Below are positions 29,211-39,045 of a stretch of 64,000 bases of DNA, in pieces. The stretch spans positions 136,156 through 200,155 of the forward strand of contig CALRFD010000002.1 in assembly GCA_943356485.1 (NCBI GenBank), in the 5' to 3' direction. A model generated the notes under the pieces. That model was not told the DNA's origin, searched no databases, and worked only from the letters and a program-made list of their open reading frames with translations. Within the stretch, counting starts at the first letter, position 1; the number at the start of each line of letters is the position of its first letter. This DNA comes from Patescibacteria group bacterium. Its GTDB lineage: Bacteria; Patescibacteriota; Microgenomatia; Daviesbacterales; UBA10151. The translations under genes were made by a program, and so were the position numbers.

Positions 29211-29957
29211 CTAAAGCCTTGAAGCAAATTCTTTTATACTCCAAAAACCTGAAACTTTAATCCTTGGCATATTCATTCCTCCGCCAGTAGACTTTCCAAA
29301 CCAGGTTCCGAGTCCTCCGGCAAATCCACCAGCCCGAGCTGCAGCCTGTATTGAACTATTGGTTGTTCCATAAGGATAAGCTATGAAATTAACCGGGTAA
29401 CCCGTTTGTGCGGATAAGACATTCTTAGAGTCCTGCATCTGTTTTAAGGCATCTTTGTAACTTAAACTGGGCAGATTTACATGACCTACCGTATGCGCTT
29501 CAAAAGTTACTAAACCAGAAGCTTGAATTTCTTTTATCTGATTCCAGTTCATATAGTAACTTCCCCCTATTAAGCCGGTAGGTATAAATGAAACGCCGTG
29601 GAAGTTATATTTCCTGAGGATCGGATAAACAATTGTATAAAAATCTATATATCCATCGTCAAAGGTTAATACAACCGGCTTTGCTGGGGAGCTTACTTGT
29701 TTGTTAAAAATTCCATACAGGGTGTCCAAAGTTATAGGAGTAAAACCATTTTTGGATAAATAATCCATTTGAGAATCGAACTTATCTGGAGAAACAGACA
29801 AAGAATCCCTGGCTTTATCTTTTGGATTAGGATTATTAGCAACATAATGATACATCAAGATTGGCACATTTGTTGCTGATGCTTTTACAAAAGGGGTAGT
29901 AAAAAAACAAAACTCTAAACTTAAAGCTAGAAATATTATTAGTTTCAGGATTGGCAT
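29211..29957 (-). CDS. polysaccharide deacetylase (CE4)
   Basis: PILMYH, LTFDDGY, AHTVGH, IAYPYG. Confidence 0.9.
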   Translation of the reverse strand: MPILKLIIFLALSLEFCFFTTPFVKASATNVPILMYHYVANNPNPKDKARDSLSVSPDKFDSQMDYLSKNGFTPITLDTLYGIFNKQVSSPAKPVVLTFDDGYIDFYTIVYPILRKYNFHGVSFIPTGLIGGSYYMNWNQIKEIQASGLVTFEAHTVGHVNLPSLSYKDALKQMQDSKNVLSAQTGYPVNFIAYPYGTTNSSIQAAARAGGFAGGLGTWFGKSTGGGMNMPRIKVSGFWSIKEFASRL

Positions 29958-30019
29958 TATTTAATCTTATTATGTCTCTTAGTTGCATGCAATAACTAGA
30001 TATGAGTATAGTTATATTT

Positions 30020-32449
30020 ATGGCTCAAAAAGGATATGCTGCTGCCTACCTGTTAATTATTTCGGCTTTCCTCGGACTATTATTTGTAGAATCAAATTCA
30101 AATCACAAACCCAATCCAACTCCTAAGGTAGTCCCTCAAGTTCAAGAAAATAAACCAAAAGTATCAACTATAACCCAGGAACAACTACAAAAATATTTAA
30201 CAGTTGAAGCCGCATTACTGGGTGTTTCTGATAACATTTCCCTTTATTTTAAAGATATAAATCAGGGTAAAGAGGTCAGCATTGAACCCACTCGTTCCTG
30301 GATACCTGCTTCTACCATTAAATCATACGTTGTTTTAGAAGCCTTCAGACAAAAAAGCTTGGGATTAATAGACTTTAACCAGACAATTACAATAAAAGCT
30401 GAAAACGTTGTGCCTACCGAACTTGAAACCGATGAATTTCCAAGACTAAGAGAAGGAACTAAAGCAACGATCAAACAACTGGTTGAGGCTATGATTATTC
30501 AATCTGATAATACTGCCTACAATACTCTTTTGGATATCCTAGATCGAAGAAACATAAATTTAGCCCTTAAGAATATCGGAATCACAGAAACCGTTATCGG
30601 AGAAAAACTTAATTTAGACGAATACCAGTTCCAAATAGATCTGCAGGTACCCGGCCGCCAACCCAATACAACTACTGTTAAAGATCTGGCAACTTATTTT
30701 GAATTATTGGTAAATAAAAAAATAGTAAACGCGGACGAGATTCTGGATATTTTTAAAAGACAAAAATTAAATAATATGATTCCTGCTTACCTTCCTCAAG
30801 ATACCGTTATTGCCCATAAAACCGGTGACTGGGCTCCAATTTACAATGACGCCGGAATAGTTTTTAAACCGTCTGAGCCTTTTGTGCTTTCAATATTCAC
30901 AAATAGCGATAACCCTAACGTTGTAGCCCAACTGGCAAAAGTTGCCTATTTTCAAACATCCTCCGCAGTAGGCAAACTACCAAGTTCAAATAACACTTCA
31001 GTCTCAAAAGCTCCATCCAGGATTTATTTAAGCGAACAACCTACTAACTCTTCAGTCCTAGCAGCTGAAACTCCAGAAAAGTTTCCTGAAATTTCAGCTT
31101 CAGATTTAGGTATTACTCAAAAGGATTTAAATGTTAATCCTCAACAGGCAAAGGATTTCCTGGGTGCAATAATTACTCCCGGTTCTCTATTTTATAATGT
31201 TAAAAAGTTCTTTGAAAATAGTTTGGTGAAAAACTCAAAAGACAACTCTTCCCTTACCCGAACCTATTTAGGGTTATCAAAAAGCAGACTTTCTGAAGCC
31301 AAAAGTCTAATTGGTTCTGGAGATTTTAAAACAGCTGATGAAGTTCTAAATGAATCTGAGAAGAATTTGGAAAAAGCAACAGAACTTGCTAAAAACGATC
31401 CAAATAAAGATCTGTTATTACTCGAGATACGAAAGGTTAATGATTTACACTACGCAATACTGGCAGAAAGAGCTCAAAATATTCCGGATAGCCAAAAAGA
31501 TCAGTTTATAAATAATGTTTACAATTTCTATCAACAAAATCATCAAAAAGTTGCTCCCATCATTAATACCTCAATTGCCGCTAATCCTACTCAGCAAAAA
31601 CCTGCTGTAGGTACAATTACAGAAATAAAAAACAACCAGGCCACTATACAGTTTGATGACGGAAGCAATAAACAAATGATCATCCCGACAGATACAAAGG
31701 TCAGAAACTTCCAGGAAGATACTTACACCTTTACAAATACCATAAAGTCGGGTGATAAAATTGCTGTTATCGGTTTAACAAATTCTGAGTCAAAAATTAT
31801 TCCGCAATTTATATTAGAAAATATCCCTAAAGAACTTCCTCAAAGACATCAAGGTACTGTCATAGAGATAAAACCAGATGAAAACACCATGAAGATTTTG
31901 GATAAAAAGGGACAGGAAGAGATTATTAAAGTGAATTTGAACACCATGATTAAGTCCAAAGATACCAGTGTCTCTTTGGAAGGTATCAAGGCAGGGTCAC
32001 AAGTGTCTATTTTTGGGACAGTTAATTCTCAGACAAGTCCAATCCCCTCATCAGCTCCTAGCTACACGCCAACTAATAATTCCCCTGCTCCAACTTCATC
32101 TGCTACTACAAATTCAATAAAGTTAATAAATAGTCCTTCCCCCTCGCCAACTTCAAGTTCAAACTCAACTAAGCCAACCAAGACCCCAATTACCACCGGT
32201 ACGCCTGCTTCTACTTCTGCTCCTGCAACTAAACAAATAAATGCCACTCAAACTGTTAACATTCAGGCAACCACTATTACAATTACTCAGAACAGTTCTG
32301 GAAAACAGGAAAAAGTCGAGACTAAACAACCGCAACCTTCAAAGTCTGAACCATCTAAAAAAGATGAGTCTAAAAAGGAAGAACCAAAAAAAGCTCCGGA
32401 ACCCCCTAAGCAGCCTGAACCAGCAAAACCAAAATCTTCTGCAAAATAG
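30020..32449 (+). CDS. class A beta-lactamase-like serine hydrolase with helical and beta-rich repeat domains and S/T/P-rich tail (probable start 30020)
   Basis: ASTIK, SDN, HKTG motifs; ITPGSLFYNVK (DUF5667-like); two GT..EIK...IKxG repeats (DUF5666-like). Confidence 0.8.
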   Translation: MAQKGYAAAYLLIISAFLGLLFVESNSNHKPNPTPKVVPQVQENKPKVSTITQEQLQKYLTVEAALLGVSDNISLYFKDINQGKEVSIEPTRSWIPASTIKSYVVLEAFRQKSLGLIDFNQTITIKAENVVPTELETDEFPRLREGTKATIKQLVEAMIIQSDNTAYNTLLDILDRRNINLALKNIGITETVIGEKLNLDEYQFQIDLQVPGRQPNTTTVKDLATYFELLVNKKIVNADEILDIFKRQKLNNMIPAYLPQDTVIAHKTGDWAPIYNDAGIVFKPSEPFVLSIFTNSDNPNVVAQLAKVAYFQTSSAVGKLPSSNNTSVSKAPSRIYLSEQPTNSSVLAAETPEKFPEISASDLGITQKDLNVNPQQAKDFLGAIITPGSLFYNVKKFFENSLVKNSKDNSSLTRTYLGLSKSRLSEAKSLIGSGDFKTADEVLNESEKNLEKATELAKNDPNKDLLLLEIRKVNDLHYAILAERAQNIPDSQKDQFINNVYNFYQQNHQKVAPIINTSIAANPTQQKPAVGTITEIKNNQATIQFDDGSNKQMIIPTDTKVRNFQEDTYTFTNTIKSGDKIAVIGLTNSESKIIPQFILENIPKELPQRHQGTVIEIKPDENTMKILDKKGQEEIIKVNLNTMIKSKDTSVSLEGIKAGSQVSIFGTVNSQTSPIPSSAPSYTPTNNSPAPTSSATTNSIKLINSPSPSPTSSSNSTKPTKTPITTGTPASTSAPATKQINATQTVNIQATTITITQNSSGKQEKVETKQPQPSKSEPSKKDESKKEEPKKAPEPPKQPEPAKPKSSAK

Positions 32450-32473
32450 CCTCATATATGATATATTTAGAAG

Positions 32474-33583
32474 ATGAAGAGCGATAAATCTATCACCTAC
32501 TCTCAAGTTGGTGATGATTACAATACTAAGGATCCTGTAAATAAACTCTCCCAGCAAGCTGCGTTAAGTACAGTAAAAAATTTAAAAGAATATGGTTTTG
32601 AAGAAGTTTTTCAAACAAGAGGTGAATCAGCATTTGTCTGGAAACAAAATGATTACTATATGGCCTCAGTTATTGAGTGTCTCGGAACTAAGAACTTAAT
32701 TGCTGATGAGTTAAGAAAAATTACAGGAAAAACATATTATGATGTAGTAGCCCATGATACTGTTGCCACTTTTATAAACGATCTCTCATCTGTAGGAGCA
32801 AAGCCATTAGTAGCACATGCTTTCTGGTCTATAGAAGATAACCTCTTCTTACAAGATGAAGAGAGAACGGCAGATTTTATTAAGGGTTGGGCTAGTGCGT
32901 TAAATTTAGCCGGAGCAACTTGGGGTGGTGGAGAAACCTCTACTTCCAAAGGAATTATACAACCTAATACAATTAATTTAGCCGGATCTTGCGTCGGCAT
33001 TATCAAATCAGAAAACCGTCTACTTATAGAAACTAAGTTAAAAAAAGGTGATAGGATACTTTTTTTAAAGAGTAATGGCGTCAATGCAAACGGAATCTCT
33101 TTAACAAGAGCTCTCGCAAAAAAACTTACGGAAGGATATGCAGAGAAACTGCCAGATGGTACTTTATATGGAGAAGCTCTTTTAACCAAATCAAATATCT
33201 ATGCTAAGCTCGTACAGGATTTACTGGATGCTAATTTGAATCTTCACTATATAACCAATATTACCGGACATGGACTAAGAAAAATTATGAGATCAAAACG
33301 GAGTTTTACTTATTTTTTAGAAAATATCTTTGAACCGCTGGAAATTTTTAAATTTATTCAAAGGAATGCCGCAATTAATGATTATGAAATTTATCAAACC
33401 TTCAACATGGGACAAGACTATGCAATTTTCCTACCAAAAGAGGATATGGAAAAAGCATTAGAAATAGTGAATGAAAATGGATTTGAAGGATTAGATGCAG
33501 GTTATATTGAAGAGGGTGAAAGACAAGTTATAATCAAGCCAAAAAATATCACCTTTAAAGGCGAAACTTTAAATCTTCGCTAA
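32474..33583 (+). CDS. purM: phosphoribosylformylglycinamidine cyclo-ligase (AIR synthase)
   Basis: GTK, NDL, GGET, NGISL, NITGHG, TFNMG. Confidence 0.88.
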   Translation: MKSDKSITYSQVGDDYNTKDPVNKLSQQAALSTVKNLKEYGFEEVFQTRGESAFVWKQNDYYMASVIECLGTKNLIADELRKITGKTYYDVVAHDTVATFINDLSSVGAKPLVAHAFWSIEDNLFLQDEERTADFIKGWASALNLAGATWGGGETSTSKGIIQPNTINLAGSCVGIIKSENRLLIETKLKKGDRILFLKSNGVNANGISLTRALAKKLTEGYAEKLPDGTLYGEALLTKSNIYAKLVQDLLDANLNLHYITNITGHGLRKIMRSKRSFTYFLENIFEPLEIFKFIQRNAAINDYEIYQTFNMGQDYAIFLPKEDMEKALEIVNENGFEGLDAGYIEEGERQVIIKPKNITFKGETLNLR

Positions 33584-33600
33584 CCCGGATTTAATTGTGG

Positions 33601-34584
33601 TTAGTTTCTTTCTTCTTTATGTGTTTTAGGAATTAATTTTCCGGAAATAGAATCACCATTATAAATATAATTTATCGCCTCTGCTAAGAGTTTAGCCACC
33701 GAGACAACTTTAACTTTTGGCATGTTTAACATCTTTTGTCTTATGGGTACAGTATCTGTAATAAAAATTTTCTCTAGTGGAGATTGTTCCAATCTTTCCG
33801 GTGCAGGATCTGAAAATAATCCATGAGTCGCTGCTGCAGAAACACTCTTTGCCCCCTTAGACATTATCAATCTAGCAGCATTACAAATCGTCCCCGCTGT
33901 ATCGATCATATCATCCACCAATAACACGTCTTTACCCTTAACATCACCGATCATGTCTAGTGCTTCGCTAACATTGTTTTTGGATAAATCCCTCTCCTTA
34001 AAAACTATGGCAATACCCTCCGCCTCTAAAAGATCCGCGTAAAAAGTAGCCTTTGGGACTCCACCTTTATCAGGGGAAGCCACAACTAAATTATCCGATT
34101 TAAAATGTTTTTTAAGCTCAGGCAACAAAGAGTAGCTTCCATATAAATTATCCCAGGGAATCTCAACAAAACCAGGCTCCTGTTCTGCATGAATATCAAT
34201 TGTCAGAATTCTGTCTGCTCCGGAATACTCTATTAACCCTGCTATTAAAGCTGCAGAAATAGGAACTCTAGACCGGTCCTTTCGATCCTGCCTTGAGTAA
34301 CCAAAATATGGAATAATAGCGGAAACTTCAGAAGCTGAGGATCTTTTAGCAGCATCAATAATTAATAAAAGCTCCATTATGGAAGAATCAACCGGTGCAC
34401 ATGTTGGTTGAATTATGAAAACGTCTCTCTTACGAAGGTTCTCGGGAATAACTATTCTTTTCTCCCCATCTGCAAAAACGCTGACCGTCTCATCAATATT
34501 TTTTCCTAAGATTTTAGCAACACTTTGTGCTAACTTTAAATTTGCCGTTCCTGTTAAAAGTACAAATCCATTATTATTAGCCAT
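33601..34584 (-). CDS. prs: ribose-phosphate pyrophosphokinase
   Basis: FADGE, PYFGYSRQDRK, VASPDKGG, VDDMIDTAGT. Confidence 0.96.
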   Translation of the reverse strand: MANNNGFVLLTGTANLKLAQSVAKILGKNIDETVSVFADGEKRIVIPENLRKRDVFIIQPTCAPVDSSIMELLLIIDAAKRSSASEVSAIIPYFGYSRQDRKDRSRVPISAALIAGLIEYSGADRILTIDIHAEQEPGFVEIPWDNLYGSYSLLPELKKHFKSDNLVVASPDKGGVPKATFYADLLEAEGIAIVFKERDLSKNNVSEALDMIGDVKGKDVLLVDDMIDTAGTICNAARLIMSKGAKSVSAAATHGLFSDPAPERLEQSPLEKIFITDTVPIRQKMLNMPKVKVVSVAKLLAEAINYIYNGDSISGKLIPKTHKEERN

Positions 34585-34610
34585 ACAGCTTGAGATTAAT
34601 TATACAGATC

Positions 34611-35588
34611 TTAAGTTTCATTTGCAAACTTTGTAAGATTTTCCTTAATTCTCTTGTTAACATTTTCACTTATATCCGGTACAAATTTTTTACCGGTGAT
34701 TTTTTCATAAATCCCCATATAAAGAGCACTCATTTTTGCTAAAAATTCTGGCGGCATCTTAGGAATTTTACCTTCTCCTTTATAGCCATGTTCTTTAAAC
34801 CAAATTCTGAGTGGTTCCTTATCATAACTTTCCGGCTCTATTCCTTTTTTAAATCTTTCTTTATAAGTTTTCTTAATCCAGTAACGGGAAGAATCCGGGG
34901 TATGTATTTCATCAATTAAAATAAGTTTACCTTTTTCATCTAATCCAAATTCGTATTTTGTATCGACCAATATTATCCCTGCTTTGTCACAAATTTTTTG
35001 TCCTCTCTCAAATAATTCTAAAGATACTTTTTTCATCTGTTTCCAAATAGCCGGAGCAACTATTTTCTTACTTAAGATTTCTTTCTCTGTTAACCTTTCG
35101 TCGTGTTGACCGAAATCTGCTTTTGTTGTTGGAGTAATTACATATTCAGGAAGTTTCTGATTTTTTTTCAACCCATCTGGAAAATTTATTCCATAAATTA
35201 CTCTCTCCCCCGTCTCATATGAACCCCAAATTGAGGTATCTGTCACACCTGTTATATAACCCCTAACTACCATTTCTATAGGAATCAGTTTACATTCTTT
35301 GACCAATAACACATTAGGATCAGGGACAGAAATTAAGTGGTTCTGGATTATATCTTTTGTTTTCTCAAACCAAAATTGCGAAATTGCAGTTAAGACCTGT
35401 CCTTTAAATGGAATAAATCCCAAAACTTTATCAAAAGCAGACTGTCTGTCTGTAGTTATAAAAAGTCGCTTTCCTTTATATATATAAATATCCCTTACTT
35501 TTCCCTGGTGTTTTTTGCCAAAGCCAGAGAGATTTACAGTTTTTAAAACATTTGGAATATTTTCAATTATCTTTTGCTTGCTGATCAT
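34611..35588 (-). CDS. purC: SAICAR synthetase
   Basis: GKVRDIY, TDRQSAFD, PIEMVVRGY, DTKYEFG, DEIHTPDSSR. Confidence 0.96.
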   Translation of the reverse strand: MISKQKIIENIPNVLKTVNLSGFGKKHQGKVRDIYIYKGKRLFITTDRQSAFDKVLGFIPFKGQVLTAISQFWFEKTKDIIQNHLISVPDPNVLLVKECKLIPIEMVVRGYITGVTDTSIWGSYETGERVIYGINFPDGLKKNQKLPEYVITPTTKADFGQHDERLTEKEILSKKIVAPAIWKQMKKVSLELFERGQKICDKAGIILVDTKYEFGLDEKGKLILIDEIHTPDSSRYWIKKTYKERFKKGIEPESYDKEPLRIWFKEHGYKGEGKIPKMPPEFLAKMSALYMGIYEKITGKKFVPDISENVNKRIKENLTKFANET

Positions 35589-36100
35589 TTTTTCTCAGAC
35601 AGAAATTTTTCTAACCCCAAACTATCCAATTTTAGAGCTTTTTCTTCAATGCCTAAAGCCAGTTTATTCTTATACTCTATAAGTTTTTTCTCAAGTTCTT
35701 TGTCGGAGGTTGCCAATATTTGAACAGCTAAAATTCCGGCATTTTTTGCATTCCCTATACCAACTGTTGCAACAGGAATTCCCGATGGCATCTGAACTGT
35801 TGCAAGCAGTGCGTCCAATCCTTTTAAAGAGCCACCCTCCAGAGGAATTCCTATAACAGGCAATGGAAAATGTGCAGCCACAACTCCTGCCAGATGAGCT
35901 GCCAATCCTGCCGCGCAAATTATTATTTTTATACCACTTACATGCGCATCAATTAATAATTCCTTAGTTCTATCTGGAGATCTATGCGCAGATGAAATTG
36001 TAATTTCATATTCCACTCCAAATTCTTCCAGTATTTTTCCAGCCTGCTGCATTACCGGTAAATCAGAATCTGAGGCAGAAATAACAAGTACTTTATTCAT
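35585..36100 (-). CDS. purE: N5-CAIR mutase
   Basis: SDSDL, SAHRSP, AGLAAHL, QMPSGIPVATV. Confidence 0.96.
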   Translation of the reverse strand: MNKVLVISASDSDLPVMQQAGKILEEFGVEYEITISSAHRSPDRTKELLIDAHVSGIKIIICAAGLAAHLAGVVAAHFPLPVIGIPLEGGSLKGLDALLATVQMPSGIPVATVGIGNAKNAGILAVQILATSDKELEKKLIEYKNKLALGIEEKALKLDSLGLEKFLSEKK

Positions 36101-36104
36101 AAAT

Positions 36105-37493
36105 TTAGGCTTTTAATTTATCAATTTCTTTGACAATTGTCAAAGCCTTTTCTTTGGCGTTACCTATATGATTTTTAGCATCCAAAAGTTTTAGGATCTC
36201 TTCGCTTGTCAAATACTTCCTTATCAAAGTATTACTCTCTACTAAATCTTCCATGGGATTCGAACTACCTTGATGCATGTCTTCCCAAACTCTCATAGAA
36301 ATCTCTCTTAACTCCTCATGCATTTTTTGCCTGTCAGCACCTTTTTTAACAGATTCTACAATGATCAACTCGCTTGCGGAAAACATCCAGAAAGATGCCA
36401 GGTTTTTAGCAATAACTTGTTCATTAATCATCAATCCTTCCACAATATTAGTAGCCGAGGTTAGCATTTCATCTATGCTTAGAAATATTTCAGGTATAGC
36501 AACTCGCCTGTTCGCCGAATCATCCAAAGTCCGCTCTAATAGCATATTTGCAGCGTTGTCCCAAAAAATTCTGGAAAGATTAACAACTAATCTGGAAAGA
36601 GAACAGATCTGCTCAGCTTTAATCGGATTTCTTTTAAATGGCATCGCAGATGACCCGACCTGCTTTTCTCCAAAGGGTTCCTGCAACTCGCCAAAATTTG
36701 CAGACTGCATAATTCTTAAATCAAATGCAAACTTATTTAGCGACTGGGCAATGGAGGCAAGCAGATTACCAACTAAGAGATCTATTTTTCGTGTGATTGT
36801 TTGATTGGCAATATCCACTTCATTAATCCCTAATCTGTCCATAACCATTTCCTCCATCTCCTCTGCTTTCTCAAATCCTAAAAGACTTACATAGCTGGCA
36901 GAAGTTCCCACTGCTCCCTTCATTCCTTTTGCTTTTAAATTATTTTCCACAAATTTTAACTGTTCTAAGTCGATTAATAGATCCTGGGCATAAAAGGCAA
37001 ACCTATACCCTAGCGTAGTTGGCTCTGCTGCCTGTAAATGCGTATATCCCATACAAGTAAGGTCAGCATACTTTTCAATTTTTTTGCCAAAAGTTTTAAG
37101 CAAATTCACTAATTTAGTTTTGACAATACCTAAGGACTCGGAAATTCTAATTGTTTCAGCATTATCATTAATATCCATACTGGTGGCACCCAGATGAATT
37201 TTCCCACCTCCAATTTTCGCTTTTTCAGCAAACTCTTTTATAGCTGCTACAACATCATGTCTGGTATCTTTTTCAATTTCCCAAATTCTATCTATAGAAA
37301 TATTGTCCTGATTCTTTTCTAAATCTGCTAGTTCCTCTTTTCCCACTAATCCTTCTTTGCTTTGAGCCCTAGCCAACTCTACCCAAACCTTTCTCCAAAT
37401 TTTATATTTATTTTCTTCAGACCAAATCATACGCATTTGTTCTGACCCATATCGCCAGGAAAATACTGATGTGTAATTTTTAAAGTCTTTCAT
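36105..37493 (-). CDS. purB: adenylosuccinate lyase
   Basis: HLGATS, THLQAA, GSSAMPFKRNP, ERTLDDS. Confidence 0.96.
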   Translation of the reverse strand: MKDFKNYTSVFSWRYGSEQMRMIWSEENKYKIWRKVWVELARAQSKEGLVGKEELADLEKNQDNISIDRIWEIEKDTRHDVVAAIKEFAEKAKIGGGKIHLGATSMDINDNAETIRISESLGIVKTKLVNLLKTFGKKIEKYADLTCMGYTHLQAAEPTTLGYRFAFYAQDLLIDLEQLKFVENNLKAKGMKGAVGTSASYVSLLGFEKAEEMEEMVMDRLGINEVDIANQTITRKIDLLVGNLLASIAQSLNKFAFDLRIMQSANFGELQEPFGEKQVGSSAMPFKRNPIKAEQICSLSRLVVNLSRIFWDNAANMLLERTLDDSANRRVAIPEIFLSIDEMLTSATNIVEGLMINEQVIAKNLASFWMFSASELIIVESVKKGADRQKMHEELREISMRVWEDMHQGSSNPMEDLVESNTLIRKYLTSEEILKLLDAKNHIGNAKEKALTIVKEIDKLKA

Positions 37494-37494
37494 A

Positions 37495-39045
37495 TTAGTG
37501 TCTAAATGATCTCCTTTTTGAAAATACCATAGCTATACCTAATTCATCAGCCGCCTCAATAGAAAGTTTATCATTAACTGATCCGCCTTGCTGCAAAATC
37601 GCTGATATACCATATTTTGCAGCTAATCTAACACTGTCGTCAAATGGGAAAAAGCTATCACTTATTAAAATCGCACCCTTTGCTAAATTCCCAGCTTGCT
37701 CAAGTGAAATCTTGGTAGCACCAACTCTGGAAGTTTGTCCTGAACCAATTCCACGAGTCATTGGGATTTCTTTATCAATCACAATTACTGAATTCGATTT
37801 AACCGACTTTACAGCTTTTATTCCAAATTTCATTTGTTCAAGTTGTTGTTTCGTTGGTTTTAGTTTCGTTACAATTTCCCAGTCTTTAAAACTATCTTCA
37901 ATATTATCATCAAAATCCTGCAGCAGCAGTGCACCGGCAAAGTATTTTAGATCCCAGTTCTCAGTTCTTGTGTTTGGTATTTCTCCAAAGGTATAAACCC
38001 CCATGCTCTTTCTGGTATTTTTAAGTAATTCCAAGGCATCATCAGTAATTGAAGGCACCGCCACAATATCAATATTGCCCTCACTCTCTTCCTTAAACAT
38101 GGCCACTATCTTGGCAGTTTCTAAATTCATTTCCTGATTTATAACGATAACCCCTCCAAAGGCTGATACCGGGTCTGCTTTAACTGCTAAGTCCAAAGCG
38201 TCCCTGCTATCTTTTCCAGTTGCTATACCGCAAGGACTTAGATGTTTTATAACACAAGCAGCTGCTTTGCTAAATTGTCTAACAGTTTCCAACCCGGAAT
38301 ATATATCTCCAACATTTGTACCAGATAAATCCCTCCCCCAAAGTTTCCGCAATTTTGAGATGGGTGAATTTGTTTTTGGCATAACATATAAAGCACCTGC
38401 CTGGTGTGGATTTTCCCCGTATCGCAAATCATTAACTTTTCGCATTGGAAGCGTTAACTCTTTAGGGTATTCTTGCCTGCTGGCAGGCAAGTTTCTTTCT
38501 GAGAAATAGTTTCCTATTTGTGAATCGTAAAAAGATAAATGATAAAAAGCTTTTGCTGCAAGCTCTTTTCTTGTCTTTTCTCCTATCTGTCCCATCTCCA
38601 TCAATTTCCCCAATCTTTCATAATCCTCAGGATCCACAACCGCCAAAACATTTTCATTATTTTTAGCAGCAGCGCGAATCATCGTTGGCCCACCAACATC
38701 TATTGTTTCTATACCAGGATTTTGCTCAAACGGATAAAGGTTACAGACAACAATATCTATTTGAGGAATTTTTAATTCTTGCGCCTGTCTAACGTGATCA
38801 GGATTTTTTCTGTCATACAAAATTCCGGACTCTATCTGAAAAGAAATTGTTTTCATTCTGCCATCAAATGCATCCCTGGGATTTCCTGTTATTTCCTCAA
38901 TCGGGATCACTTCTATTCCTGCTTTTTTCAAAACATCATATGTTCCTCCAGTAGATATTATTTTATAACCGCAGCCAATTAAAACTTTTGCTAAATTTCC
39001 TATCCCGGTTTTATCATATACAGAAACTAATGCGAACTTTTCCAT
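37495..39045 (-). CDS. purH: bifunctional AICAR formyltransferase/IMP cyclohydrolase
   Basis: ALVSVYDKTG, IDVGGPTMIRAAAKN, LRYGENPHQ, KHLSPCG, SDSFFPF. Confidence 0.95.
   Translation of the reverse strand: MEKFALVSVYDKTGIGNLAKVLIGCGYKIISTGGTYDVLKKAGIEVIPIEEITGNPRDAFDGRMKTISFQIESGILYDRKNPDHVRQAQELKIPQIDIVVCNLYPFEQNPGIETIDVGGPTMIRAAAKNNENVLAVVDPEDYERLGKLMEMGQIGEKTRKELAAKAFYHLSFYDSQIGNYFSERNLPASRQEYPKELTLPMRKVNDLRYGENPHQAGALYVMPKTNSPISKLRKLWGRDLSGTNVGDIYSGLETVRQFSKAAACVIKHLSPCGIATGKDSRDALDLAVKADPVSAFGGVIVINQEMNLETAKIVAMFKEESEGNIDIVAVPSITDDALELLKNTRKSMGVYTFGEIPNTRTENWDLKYFAGALLLQDFDDNIEDSFKDWEIVTKLKPTKQQLEQMKFGIKAVKSVKSNSVIVIDKEIPMTRGIGSGQTSRVGATKISLEQAGNLAKGAILISDSFFPFDDSVRLAAKYGISAILQQGGSVNDKLSIEAADELGIAMVFSKRRSFRH
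38472..38491. repeat. intragenic hairpin CTTGCCTGC-TG-GCAGGCAAG in purH (encodes LPASRQ)
   Basis: perfect 9-bp arms; near-identical to the intergenic palindrome at 5462. Confidence 0.8.

Noticed and set aside
32030-32449. low-complexity repeats at the end of the beta-lactamase-like gene and overlapping ORFs
   Set aside because: Ordinary S/T/P- and K/E/P-rich protein linker; the overlapping ORFs are shadows.
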